Shown here in pieces: positions 50,863 through 64,000 of a stretch of 64,000 nucleotides of DNA. Made by a program: the position numbers and the translations under genes. This stretch comes from Phoronis australis. Its lineage: Eukaryota > Animalia > Phoronida. The notes beneath the pieces are model-generated. The model did not search any database and was not told the origin of the DNA. It worked only from the letters and a program-made list of their open reading frames with translations. Every line of letters starts with the position of its first letter. The stretch's first letter is position 1. The stretch is taken from the NCBI GenBank assembly GCA_002633005.1, contig NMRA01001008.1, forward strand, positions 1-64,000, written 5' to 3'.

Positions 50863-52601
50863 CTGAAAAAAGAACAAATTAACCCAATGACTGACAAAGC
50901 TATGAACAAAAGATGCAAACAATGCAAACTACAGACCCAAAATATGACTGGCTGAAGCTTGGTGAATGTTGGCCAAGCTCCTTCTCAAAGACCTAGATTC
51001 TGAGGCCCCCAACTTATTAGAGATCAAAAGGATTCAATTGTTTTTGCTAGATGACTTTATTTCATCTTAAGAAATTGAACAAAAAGTGAGTGTTTACTGC
51101 CCGCATTACTTTTCATTACCGAACCAGGAAGTTGGAAAGAAGAGTAATCATGTCAAATGTCAAAATAAATCAATTTTTGTTAAAAAACTTCCAGGAAAAA
51201 AGAAAACGGTTCATTTAAATGACAAACTTTATGTTGATAGAATATAAATACAGTAAAGAATGTTATGAGGTTGATTTTGAAGTCGTAAAATGGTAAAAAG
51301 TTTTTAAACAGCTAAAAAAGAAGTGAAAAAGCAACTTCATCAACTATGGGTGGCTTACTTATGACCAGAAACAGTTGCCTAACAAAAGCTCCCAAAATAC
51401 ACTCTTTTCTCCCATTTTGACTTTCACACCCTATTCCACCACTTCCCACACCACATGAACTCAATACGTAAATTGTTAACATATTTTAGAAAATAGTTTA
51501 ACCGTTAGCATTTTTAGTTATGTAGAATTACAAAGTCATGCATCTCCCATGACATCTAATGCATTAATGCAAACCGCATTATCGTACCAAAAGTAAGTTA
51601 TCGAATAGTATGATTTTATGTACATGTATGTATGCTAGTTTAGGTTGAAAATTGAAGTTGACCTTCAGCTATGTGACGTTGCCAAAGTCGTAATTCAAAG
51701 AAAAGGTGCTTGGTCGGCATTCACCATTCGAAGAGTCGTCAAAAAGGTTGCCCCTAATGCTGTGCTTTACGATTTGCCATCAGGTTATGAGAACGAGCAT
51801 TAGAAACTGTCACGTGACAATTTATAAAGAGTGGCTATACTCAAAAGCGACAGTCATGCACATGATATAAAAAATTTTCATTTTTCCAAAAGAAGGAACT
51901 CTCAATACTGTTCTTCCTGGCAAGTCAACAAATATCGTATTTAAGAACTTCCAAGCAAAGTAACAGTAAAAGAGCCAACATTAAACAAATTGGTGAATAT
52001 TGAATGATATGTTTGCCCTAAGTTGAGATTTGATGTGAGTCGTCAATTCCCACTAAATCTGTACAGCTCAGAACATTACTCGTGGCTAAACTAATTATTC
52101 CACTAACATAACTTACTTCACCCCATTCAAAATGTGTTTGCATTACAACTGGGAAAGCATAAAAATGTTTTTTACATTGTCTTATTGAAATTTAGCCCAG
52201 AATGGGATGTTTTCACGAAGCAGTCATGGTGACTGATCACAGCAGAACGGGTATATTCTAAATATGATAGTATGACTTTTATGGAGGGCAACATGACTGC
52301 TGAAGACACAGAAGTTTGATTGACAAATTTGTCTCAGCTCAAGTACTAACTGTACAGCACTTTGTAGACCTACTTGCTCGTAAAAACAGCAAGATCTCAC
52401 AAGACCACGCAAAATCACACGAGAGAAAAGCGATTGTTTCTAGAGTAATGTCAAAAGCATCCTAGCCTATCCAAGTAGCAAAATGTAAGCCACTGATTGG
52501 CCAGAAAGTTTGGGGAGTCAAATTGTGGGTTTGAATTCAGTTTCCATTTCATGAGTGAAGAACTTAAAAGAAAAAAATAGGTCAAAAGGAAGTAGACCAA
52601 C

Positions 52602-52709
52602 CATGATTTTTCTGAAAATTCAGCAGCCCGTAATGTTTAATAATCCTTTTCCGTCGTTGACGTTCCTTGAGGCGGCTTCGGTAAATATCCAACGCAGCCA
52701 GTTTAGCTT
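52602..52709 (-). CDS. TADA2A: TADA2A exon
   Basis: EAKLAALDIYRSRLKERQRRKRIIKHYGLLNFQKNH; tttcag / gttggt. Confidence 0.88.
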
Positions 52710-54399
52710 CTGAAAGTTATAAATAACACACTGACAGGGTGAACGCAGAACATGTTTTGTGATGACATTTGTTGCACTTGATTCACTGGAACAGCCGTGC
52801 CAACTGACTAAGACACCTGACTGGTTTATAAGCAGGAAGTCATCATCGAGGTGCAATCCAACGTCCTCGCCAGATTTAATGTTGATATCACTAACAAAAG
52901 TCAATTCCTGTCACTGTAAAGAAGAATACGTCACCGACTTTAAGAGCGTTTCTTTTAAAAGCGGCTCAATAAATTTTTGGGTTTTTTGCATTGAAAATGT
53001 TAATATCATTCAGCACAAAATGGTGCATGAGAACTATCAAGCTACAAAGGTACACCATTCCTTCCTAAGAGACTACACATAGTTTACACTGTTACACCCC
53101 ATTACATGTATGTAGATGCTGTGACCAGTGGGTTACCCATTCATAACATGAGTAGGCCTAATCATATTTTTCTCCAGAATTTGCTTAGAATTTTCTACAC
53201 CTGTCTTCCTTCTCCACCAATTTACCCATCTCCAGTTTGTCTTCATTTTCTTCATTGAAATAGATAAATTTGACATCCATTTTCGGCAAAGTGGTCGTGT
53301 GGTTCTGGGTGGGTCTTCACCATCTACAAAAGAAGGAACTCATAGCCATATACCGAATGAAGCTATGTGTGCATTTTCAGAAGCAGTGCCTATTTGTGAA
53401 AGTATACCTTTCTCAAAACGCTTGTTCAATCTTCTATTACACTTTATGGCAATTCACTTATGATCAAAGAAGATAAATTTAAGGTGCAAAACTGTTCAAT
53501 GTGACAGTTTTTTAAAAAATCATAATAATATGAAGCCCCGACAGCCTGACTAACGTGAAGGCAAGACAGCCTGTTCAGAATAATGTGAAAAGCGTTTTAC
53601 CTGCCAGTTCTATTGACTATTATTCTGACATGTGTGCAGCGTAGGCATGTTATTAGTCGTCACTGTCGTTGCTTGCAGAGTTTACATGATGTAAGTAGAA
53701 GTGTTCTTTTTTGCTTACTTGTCGTTACATTTCTAGTTTGTACATTGCATTATCTCGTGTCCCTAGTTTTAGAATTTTCACTCCATTTACTTTCGCCATA
53801 TTTCCTCCTTCGTGGTTCATTCCGGGAGTTTGGGCGTTGTTCGCTGTGACCTTGAGATTGCAGTTCACAAACCAGTTAGTTTTTTGCGCCTATATTTTCG
53901 TTATAACTGTTGAGTATGATTTGATATTTCGCTCTGTTTGGATCACTGGCTCATGGTGGATTTGTGGATAAATTATGTTCGACTTCGTTTTCCTACCTAG
54001 TATTTTGATATTAAAGATCAAAGGTCAACTCCTGCTGCCATTTTGTTACCTGTATATTTTCATGGTTGGTGTATACTATGTTTTTTTGTATATAATGTCA
54101 CTACTTTGCTTGCAGTATATTTCCTGGCAGTGACTATGTGTTTTGTTTGTTTCAGTTAACGGTTGGTCAATATACGTCAAGTAAATCGAATAAAGCATAC
54201 TGTAGAATCACCTGCATTTCCCTCCATAGCCAACAAAGCGCCAGAACAACGGGTATTTATTTGTTTCGTATAATACATCATATAAGAAGGCCACAAAAGG
54301 TGTAGCAAAAGCCCAAGCCATCTGAAATAATGCAGAACTGCAGAACTTATTTGCTCAATCTCTAGAACATTCATAAAAGAACATGGTTGATTTAGAGAC

Positions 54400-56200
54400 A
54401 CAAGGAAACCTTAACTGCCACTAAGCAACGCCCCAGCATTCGAACACAAAATCGACGTTAAGCGTACTCTCCTCTGACATATCAAGTTTCATGAAGATCC
54501 ATCGAGAAACTTAGTAGAGAGGCAAAAAACAATATCGCCACTGGGGAGGAGGGGTGCACCGTAGTTAAATCCGTTCAAAAATAAACATCAGCTGTGATGA
54601 TGTCAATAGGAATATATGCTGTGAAAATTGATAATGAAAAGTGGTAATAGTCAGATTTAATGTGCCTACATTTTGAGAACCAGTTTTCTACACTAATAAC
54701 GGACATCAACCAACCTGGTTCGCAAAAAGAGAGCATGCTATATCCGACCATTGCTCCAAAAATAATAATGGCCATTATTAGTGGATGCGTAAATGTTAAG
54801 CCATATATACATGAAAAGGTATTGTCACCTCATTAATTAAAAAAAATCGGCTAAATTTCATGAACATTCTATGAGTAACATGGTAGATACATACAGTAGG
54901 TTATCCCACTTACATAGGAAAACTGTTATATCCTGTTGACAATTCACTTCATTTTGGGATGTCCTAATCAGACCCGAAGCATACTAGATAATAGCATTTC
55001 ATGTTTATTATATAATACTGCATATTTCTTTGTTAATAGTCCTTTACTGGTGACAAAAAACAAATAATTACTTGACAATGTGCATGTGGTCTTTGCTAGT
55101 AATGTAAGGGAATGGAAGCCGAAATCTACCAACAAAACGTGGTTTGGCAGATAGAGGGGCAGACCCCAAAAAACTGACGCATAAACAACAAAACATGGTA
55201 ATTAGGCGGCACATTTACGAAAAAATCTGTCCTGAAATGGGAACCTGATGTTGATGCTAATTACAGGATTTCAAGAAATTCTGTCAAGAAACTCGGTTGA
55301 TACCTGAGATAAATATAAACAAGCATCTGCCACTGGGAGACCATATTGCCCCAACCAGCACAAGGTGTTGCCTAAGGCTTAAGGCCACCCAAACCCCTCA
55401 GTTAAGGCATTGCTTGGAGAAAGGACACACTGCACCCACATCTAAGCCACTGTTGCTAAACAATGCGTAAATTTTTGAGGTTATAATTTTAAGTGGTAAT
55501 GAGTGATTTTGATCGCAATTGAAATTGTTGAATACTGAACATCGACGAACTCATCTCTAAACAACATAATCAAAATCATACAGGGTGCAGCATTCATTCT
55601 GTTCATGTCTCTATGAACACAAAAATAAGATTCATGTTATTGTCTATTTAGTAATGGAATGATAATGTTGTCATCTTGAAAATACGATCAAGCTGATCAA
55701 TTTCGGCAGAAGCTTCCTTCTTGAGATATTCACAACATTGAATGATGTATGGACATTGCCCAAACATTTTCTAATTACAAAGTCAAGTTTCTCATTGTGA
55801 CTTTGAAAATGATGTTGAGGTCACCATTATCGACTGGAGCCTGCACATGCCCCAACCCCTTAGCACAAAATAAGAACAAAATCTAATTAAGCTTCGTTCT
55901 TGAGATATCATGCCAACAATATTTGTGATGTACAGTATCTACATACGGTTGTGAGTACTATGTCCATCGCTTTGCCCAAACAGGTGGCAAGGGACAAAAA
56001 CTAAAACTACCATTACGGGACACTGCAGATAGTCAAATCTGTTGAAACAATTGGTTGTGCCATCCCGTCTATGATAAGAAAATGTCTGCACAGTATCAGC
56101 CATGAATGTTTTTGGAGATACAGTACACAAGCACACACACGAACGGACAAAAATTACTCTGGAATTTCAGCTGAAAGTCTTTTTATCATTTAAAAGCTTA
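54400..56200. repeat. Decayed HINE/Helentron-type repeats
   Basis: aagtttcatgaagatcc and gccact motifs; aacaagcatc start at about 55317, gggacaaaaac end at about 56000; cacacacgaacggac tract. Limits approximate. Confidence 0.4.
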
Positions 56201-56239
56201 ATACTTAGACCTCACCACCATGCACTCTATACTTACATC

Positions 56240-59200
56240 TTACTGGGATTGGAGCCGGGACGAACTCATAGTCACCATTCCCAAATACTGTAACGGCACA
56301 GATTCTGTGCTGTTGCAATTGACTAGGCGGATGAAGAAAATAACGCCTTAGTCCAAGACAGTGGTGGGGCTATTGGATTAACTGAAAATCCAAACGCTTT
56401 GACAGAGTGAATGGTGTTTGGGTCCGAGCTATAGCCAGGTTGCTGACTGAGTTTGATTGTCAATCGTTTTGCAGACAATAACGAGGAAAAAACGCCACAA
56501 AGACATTCTATCCTTCAAGAACAACTTTAAAAACCATGTGAACAGCTTGTTTCCTGTAAGGTGTCGGTTCAGCAAACTAAAGGGAAACCCCTTCTTTGAC
56601 CATGGTGATGAACTTATGACGTTAGATACGCCACAAGTTTTCAGACTATCGAAGTGACTAGAAAACAGCAATATGAAAACTATAAGCAAACAGACATAAT
56701 TGAAAAGTCCCAACCAACAAAGACCCCTATCAAGAAAAACAAGTTTGTTGTTTCCGAAACAGCTAACGGGAAGGCAAAAAGAGTGACTCAGCAGCGCATG
56801 GATGACATCAAGAAAGACTGTAGCTTCTTTAGTCAGGTTTTTATAGCTAGTCAAATTCTAGAAGGGTGATTTTTTTATACGTGAGAATCAGTCTTGGTCA
56901 CCATCCCTGAACCAGAACGACAGTCTCGGTTTACCCTCACAGAAGTCACACTTGCTCAAAATGTTGGAATTTCCTCATCCAGACGTTCCTGAATCCGTCG
57001 ATGTCAAAGTCTTTGATGGACCAGCTATTGTGCGCAAATTTTCTCCAAACCAATCCGCGACATTCGGACAGCTCAGTGAAAACTGCTAAGTGGGCACATT
57101 ATAACCTTCGCAACTGCTGTAGAATTGACATTGGGTTTGATGCTTACACTGAAGACAGTTTGAAGGCCACCGCTGATAGAAATACAGTTGATCTTGCCAA
57201 AGTTTCACACCAAACGCAACTATCTCTGTACTTCCAGAATTTCTCTCAAACTCGAAGAATAAAGAGGAATTATTCATGCTGTTAGCTGAAGATATCTTTA
57301 GCAATCGCCTATCCTCCAGGACAAAATATATATGTTACCCACGGTCACTCTGTTCTTTCCTCTGGTTCTGACATACCGCCGAGAGTCGGACACCTGTATG
57401 TGCTTGTACATTGCGGACGCTTTGATCAAAGGTAATCAGAGAATCTTGGTTTCTACAATTGATACTGATGTTGTGGGCATTCTTCTTGGTGTTTTTGATC
57501 AGCTTAAGGCTTTGCTGCCAGCAATTCAAATACGGGTAGTGGTTAAAGCTGGAAAAAACGTGCGGGAACTCTTCGTCAAGAGTTTGTTTGACTAGGTTAG
57601 GTACGATTTGTGTGTAGCTCTACCCATGTTCCATGCCTTAACAGGGTTAGACACAGCGTCCCAGTTCTATGGAAAATGGAAGAAAACAGCATGGGAGACA
57701 TTAAAATCTTACCGTGATGCTACTCAGGCATTCTCGTGCCGGCAATCAATTCCTTTCAGCAACTCACCGTCGACAGTCAGGAATTCAAAACAATTGAGAC
57801 ATTTACCTGTTTCGTTTATGATCGAAAAATCAAAACCAGCCAAGTCAATACTTTATGAAAGGAGCTTTTCCAACAAAAAGTTCAGATCATGCCAAATTTA
57901 TCGCCTACCCAATATCCTTTGATAAAGCAAGTTAACAAATGCTTGTATCAAGCTGGCAGTCGAATGCCCATCCACGGGAAACCAAGTCCATAGAGGTTTG
58001 GATGGCAGAGTGACAAGGGACAACAATGGACACCTTACTGGATAGACATGCCTGAAATCTCCAAAGCTGGTCAGCAGCTCATGGTTGCAAGAGCATACCA
58101 CTATGGGGCAAGAGATATAAATTAAAATCAATTCCTTAGCATGCACAACTCTTAGCAAATACCGGGGAACATCAGTGTCAGTAACATGGTTTGTTATGGA
58201 CCAAAGGAACAGATGATGACATTAATTGAATTATGTGGTCTACAATGGCAATTTGAGATTAATCTGTTTTATTGTGTTGATATTATAAGCAGATGACAAT
58301 CGGATTATATGTAGACAGGAGCTAGGAGAAGCATACTACTGACATTTTTGTAAGCTGGGCCCGGTCTCCAATCTTTTTACTCGAAATGGAACTCGAAATT
58401 AGGTTTGCCATTTTCTACTCTACTTTTGGGCGAACTCAAGATAAGTGTCCATTATTCTATGCTCGAGTACACAATAACTTACGTAGATAATTTATTGCCC
58501 TTAGTTCACAGTTTGTAAACCCAATATTAAAGCAATAAGTTCGAGTTCGAACTCTAAATTTCGAGTTTTTACTCGAGTTTGTTGCACGAATATAAGGGTC
58601 TTCAAGGGCAAACTTGAACTAGAAACTCCTATGCATAAACTATAATGTATTCGAGCACAGTCTGATAACCAATTATCTTAAGTTCGCACAAGAGGAGCAG
58701 AGAAATTGCCAAAAATAGTTTCGAGTTCGTTTCGAGTACAAAGATTAGAGACCGGGCCCTGGTCTCTGAGTTTTTGGTAGTCTGTCAAGTTCTATGCATA
58801 TATTGGTCTCTTTATCATAACATCAACTAAATTTTCATAATAATTGTACAAATTAATGATAAATCTAATAAATTTTTGATAAGAAATCCTATTTGTTGTT
58901 GTATTAATAGTCTTGCACCAGATCAAAATAGATGATTTTGTTAAAATTGCAGTTGGTTAGTTAAATTTTGGCGGCCATATTGGAATTATGGAAATGAGTG
59001 GTCTTAATATTATGAGAAAAAGATATTGCGATGTCATTATGATAGATTTCTAGTTAATAAAGTACGATTACCTTGCCTTAAAATGTGTGATCAGCTCTCA
59101 AGCAACCGCAAATTGTGTTACTGGGCGGCCATTTTGTTTTTTGAGATTTGACCTTGACCTTGACCTCAAAATTTGGGAAACCGACCCCCATGAGATTTAG

Positions 59201-59279
59201 CATGTCAAACAGTACTAGTGTGCCAAATTTGGTGCTTTAATCCGACGTGTAACTGTTTTTGGGTTAAGGGCCTGGACTA
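56240..59279 (+). mobile_element. Academ transposase relic (XPG-like region) with right terminus
   Basis: ID*ADEENNALVQDSGGAIGLTENPNAL; ILVSTIDTDVVGILL; ALPMFHALTGLDTASQFYGKWKKTAW (56320-58190, many frameshifts); ends ...gggcctggacta at 59279; left end not found. Confidence 0.75.
58358..58758. mobile_element. PIF/Harbinger MITE
   Basis: TIR ggcccggtctc(c/t)aatcttt; TSD CTG (58355-58357, 58759-58761); same terminal sequence as 16737-18118. Confidence 0.85.
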
Positions 59280-60445
59280 TATCCTATGGCCATTCAGTAC
59301 ACTTACTGTCTTGTGTCAGTTGCAAGCGGGAAATGCAATAACTCATTGCCTTTCAATTTTGAATTATTGTCACTAAGCGTCTTGTTTTTAGTTCATTACA
59401 GGAACTACTTTCCATATATAATAGCATTCTAAATTCCCTGCGAATCACGAATTCTTTTCACTTCCGCCGTCAGTGAATTGCATATGTCATAATGTCATTA
59501 TGTGTTAGGAATCCCAATATGTTGATATTTAAGACCTGGATATCCTCTTGACGCCCAAAGCAATACGGTCAAACTGGTAAAAAATAAATCATGTACCCAG
59601 AGTACTTGTTAAGGTTGGAAGTAATTGATATAGTCATGGTCGTTTAGATATTACATTCTATCTCAGCTAAGTTCAGTGGATCACTCTGAGGCAAGACACA
59701 CATCTGTAGTGACTTGGCACTGCGAAGTTCTGCAAAAAGTGTATGTTTCTCCGAGAGTATCAAAAACTACCTTACTGCCATTTTCCAGAGAAATGAACAT
59801 CAAAGCACACATTGCAAGAACTACGCAAGCGATGAAGAAGGATAAACGGTTTAAGGAGGAAGACTGGTTGAAAAAAAAGATTTCGTTTCACGCTTGGCTA
59901 CCTTGAACCGCCATGGGAAGTTGTCAAATTATGAAGAGAGTGAATTTGACAGCGTTTTCGAGGAAGACTTCAGGTTTAAGCTTGGCAGGAAGGTTGTGCA
60001 ATCTGTTGAGTTGCTTAAGTAATTTAAGCAATTGATAGTGATGTAATGTTGTAGAAACTGAGGCAATAAAGCAACACGTGTTGCGATTTAGTCAGACAAA
60101 GCACGAGTGGATTCAGTAAAGCAGGATATGTAATCTGGGTTCTTTTTTATTACATAACAGAATATAAATAAAGACATGTAACACAAAAAAACAGCCATTC
60201 TCACTCATAACACACACGCAACCACGCACGCACACGCCCCACTCAACATACCCACGCACTTTTAGTAGCATGTTGTCAGGAAAAAGTTTTGGTTAACCAG
60301 TTTCTCCAGGTTGCCTGGTATTCATCTAAATTACTATTTTTCAATAAAATTCTTCTTTGAATATAAAATTCTCTGTCTAATATCTTAAGGAAATGACAGA
60401 AACTAGAGATTTTTTACACTGAGATACGTAAATAAAACATTTTAA

Positions 60446-63400
60446 GAGGCAGTCTATATAAAAACCAGTAGATTTTCAAAAATCAGTCTATACGTCAAAA
60501 TTTAAAACAACTTCATTTTTTGTACATGGGTAGGTATCCTAACAAAAACCCAAATGCCAAATTTTGCGCACTCAATGACCCCTAATTTCGCCGCTGGAGC
60601 ATGATAACACAAATTGGCACAATTGGGCATATTAGCCGTCTCAAAAATCGCATGTTTTCAGCAACAAAAATGAGTAACATACAACATAGATCAAAAGCTA
60701 TATTTTGGTGGCTGAAATAACCAACGTATACTGTGCATAATTCTGTGCCATTTATTAAAATCTAACAGTTTTATGCTAGACAGGGGAGATAATCCACAGA
60801 CCACTTTTTGGGGCTAATTTTAGTGGCCATTTTTGTGACCTTCTTACTGCCATAAAACACCTTGTAGCCTTATGTGACGTTTTGAACATACAGTTAAAGA
60901 GTTAGTCTTGATGACTGAGCAATAAAAAATCTTGCCTCAACTTTGCACTTTAGTGAAAATTGTCTTGCAAAACTGTCTATTTTCATAGTTTGGAAATGAC
61001 GAGCAGAGTTTACAAACCATTTGAACAAACTTTTAGGCAAGAAGTCTGCTTTAAATAGTTATAGAAACCAAGTCTAAAGTCTTTCAAATGAAAACAAGAT
61101 GTTTTCTGGGTTTATTACGCGGCTAGTATCAAAACTGAACCCGATGACCTTTGCCCACTGAGGAAGTCAGTTGAGGTTTAAAGCTTGAGGATTTATAAAA
61201 AATGTACGTGTAATCCTCTCGTATTCTTTCATTTCTTTTACATAATCAGGTTAATTTAAACACTCTGTACAACTTTTGAATGGAAATAAATGCCTTTAAG
61301 ATTAAACGAGTAAGAATTGATATTTGTAATGTCTGGTTTTGAGAGAAGCAAGTGCATTTTAAAAAGACAAAATGGCGGACGATGTCGATGGGCCTTCATG
61401 TTCCTTTAGAGTTTATTCTTCAAAAAATCACAAAAGCTGTGTGCTTTAGTGAGTCATGTCAAAGACACCACTGAACATTTGAGATACAAGAAACTACTTC
61501 ACAAAGCAAGGCCTGTTCCAGAGTACGGACTCGTACTACCCAGAGTCGGTGAATTTCTGACTGAACAGGACCAGTCATGGAAGAGTCAGGTAATGCTGGA
61601 TGTTACCACTCTGCTCCTCTCCTCCTGAACGTAGCACCCTTGTCAAATTCTACCGGCATTTCTGTTTCGAGATATGACTTTAGTGAAAGTCAGAATGGAA
61701 AGGATCTCTGTGATCGCAAGATCGCTCCACTCAAACAACATGCAAAGTACTTTGTAGCCGAAAGTAATAATATCATAAACTTTCTGGATTTGAAAGAAGC
61801 ACTACTTTCCAGTGGCCGTGTGAAGGGATGTTATGTGTATGCATTTTCAGTCAATGCAACAAAGTCTTTTCCAAAATACTCAGTTCCTGGTATAAGGACA
61901 TTCCCAAATTCCCACTATTCCATCCAAGGAATTCACGTGTGGAAATCATTCCATGTAGATGACGGTAAGTTCTTACAAATACTGAGAAAATGGGAAACCT
62001 ATTTCTCTAAATTACACTAACATCTCTAGACATGGCGGATTTTCAACACCAAGACTTAAGGTTGGAATTGTATCTAGTGAAGAGCCTCAACAAAAGTTCC
62101 CTTGTACCCAGCAAGGTTACTCGAAATTTTTTGCTACAGACGCAGAACTAGGTCGGCATTTGGATGTGGGTAACCACACTGAACACGTATGACCACATCG
62201 CACGACAGTCGTCAGAAATGCTTTTAGATGCAAGAACCCGGAGCGTCATTTGAGGCAGCCTCAGAGTACAATGTGGATGAGACGAATGCTGAAGCAATAG
62301 GTTAGGCATTGAAAAAAGGTAAAAGGTCAACAAGATTTTCATCAAAGGTTAAGAACTTTCTGACGAACATATTCGATGAAGGAGAAAGTCAGGTAAAAAC
62401 TTTCACCCTCGGAAGTGCCAAAATGCCGGGAGAAAACATTACGCCGAGAACCCACTGTGAAAGTGTAAATTTACCTGTGATGTTAAGTGAATCGCAGATT
62501 GGTGGATTTTTTCGAGGTTGTCTGCAGCAATGTTTATGACGATGCTATTTCTGCTGAAGATGCTGTTATGTTTACTGAATGAAGTGATAAATGAGCTCAA
62601 CGTTTAGCCTAGTTTTGTAGCATACCAGTCAAAGATGTGTGATATATGAAGTCGAGACCGTTACTTCTGTTTACTTCATGTCTGTCATGAAGTAGTCATT
62701 AATAGAATTGTCTTTCGCGAATTATTTTCTATTAACTGTGAATGTGTACCTTTTTATACCACTGATGATCACACTGGCAGAAATATTCAGCGTTAGGGTG
62801 CCCGGTGTGTGTGGGGGGAACACCAGATTTCTGTCGACTGGTGGCGACTAAAATTTGTAGCAACCAGCAGGGACATTACAATATGAACCCAAAGTTACAA
62901 TGACTATTGACAAGTTGAAGGATTTTTTGCACTGAACACTAGGGGCCGGGGCATATCCACCTTGGGGGGCTTCCTTTGCCTGTGGCACGAACAAGGCAGA
63001 TAGAAAACAAGGCAGGGGTGAGTTCAGTAACACTAGAACCTCTCTAAAATTTATCCAAAACCACGTGTTCTCATTTAAAATACACGGCAACATCTCGCGA
63101 AGTCTTGAATTATAGCAAGGTCCTCGTGTTACTGCTCTTATTCTAGATGCGTCTTCAGTCTCCACGTAAACAAAAGCAGCGCCATCTATCATTTAGAAGC
63201 ACGCATGCCAGTTGATTTACGTACACATTTTTGTAATAAGTATTAATCATCAATGCCGTTTTCATAGAATGGTAATTAATAATGCTGTCTGCCTTTTCTC
63301 CAAAATACAAAGTTTTTATTTCGTGTTTCGCAAGCTTATTATATGTTCCAAGAGCCCCCTATTGGCAGCAGAGGCAACTGAGAACATGCAAAAGGACGAA

Positions 63401-63924
63401 GTGCAGTTCGTATAATGCTTCGTACGCAAAAACTACATTAGAGGCAAGATTTTTTATTTTAGATTATAAACAGGTTAGGAATGACCTAAAAAATTATTAT
63501 AAAGTCAATTTCAGGAAAGGTGCGTTATGGCTGCTACAGAGTGTCAAATGTGGCCGAAAATGGCTTCAGTGAAAACCTGAAAAATAACCGTTTTTGCCTC
63601 ACAAATTCAAAACGTATAAATTTAAAAATGGATTTTGAAAGTTATGCCATTACATTATTCAGCCATTGCCCTTTCAATTCGTATTATTCATTTGTTTTGA
63701 CCGTATCATACATGCTAGTAAAATGCATTCAAACATGCCTACTTCGACGCCCAATTTTGTTGCAAAATGGAGGTACAGGTCATAAAAAGAAAAATAATGA
63801 ATGAAAATTCTTAAAAAGTGAGGTTTTTCTACTTCTCAACAAATCAAACTTATGTGCTAAGTTTCAAAAAAATCGGTGATTTTGGGTATAGACTCTACCT
63901 GTTGGTTTTTACATGGAGTCACTC
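60446..63924 (+). mobile_element. Internally deleted Sola3-like DNA transposon
   Basis: TTAA|gaggcagtctatataaaaacca ... tggtttttacatggagtcactc|TTAA (imperfect TIR); contains the transposase relic below. Confidence 0.65.
61372..62600 (+). pseudogene. Sola3-type DDD transposase relic
   Basis: SGNAGCYH (degenerate SDNAGCYH), FSESQNGKDLCDRKIAPLK, C2H2-like KFPCTQQGYSKFFATDAELGRHLDVGNH, LKKGKRSTRFSSKVKNFLTNIFDEGE; frameshifts and a large N-terminal deletion. Confidence 0.75.
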
Positions 63925-64000
63925 TTAATTGCAAAAGTATCAAATTTAAAACTTTATTTTCGTTATTTATGGGCATGTCAAAAATCATTGTTTTCTTATC

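Larger units (their letters stand above)
44401..53323 (-). pseudogene. TADA2A: Transcriptional adapter 2-alpha (Ada2a) copy, intron-containing, 5'-damaged
   Basis: Exons 53226-53323, 52602-52709, 50755-50862, 50298-50458, 48422-48509, 48178-48251, 44401-44601, all GT-AG; the last six are phase-compatible. The first exon has an internal deletion and frameshifts; no ZZ or SANT exons found upstream. Confidence 0.85.

Noticed and set aside
54170-54321. Exon-like segment as a TADA2A N-terminal exon
   Set aside because: No ZZ or SANT similarity in any frame and it contains a stop.

Overview
Repeat-dense eukaryotic (animal, most likely marine invertebrate) genomic DNA, AT-rich, with two assembly gaps (2917-2942, 27283-27789) and no prokaryotic operon, rRNA or CRISPR. 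Host-type genes appear only as spliced exons on the minus strand: a TADA2A/Ada2a copy (7 exons, 44401-53323; SWIRM end intact, 5' part broken or absent), the pre-pro exons of a probable astacin metalloprotease (36387-18925) and a possible IL-17-like relic (25160-26357). The rest is layered transposons. The most striking structure is a 9.5-kb almost wholly palindromic TTAA-flanked GAG...CTC element (1298-10826). It carries a DED-like relic and has CTCF-like and X-box-like motifs in its central loop. It sits inside the palindromic subterminal repeats of a 15.2-kb CCC...GGG element (1063-16299). Also present: two related Academ-like elements, an Academ transposase relic, a Sola3 relic, an L1/Tx1 5' half with intact ORF1, a decayed Gypsy pol carrying a SINE and a MITE, a solo LTR, Harbinger MITEs, 5-bp-TSD MITEs and Helentron-type repeats. 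All calls were made by eye from the sequence; no searches were run.
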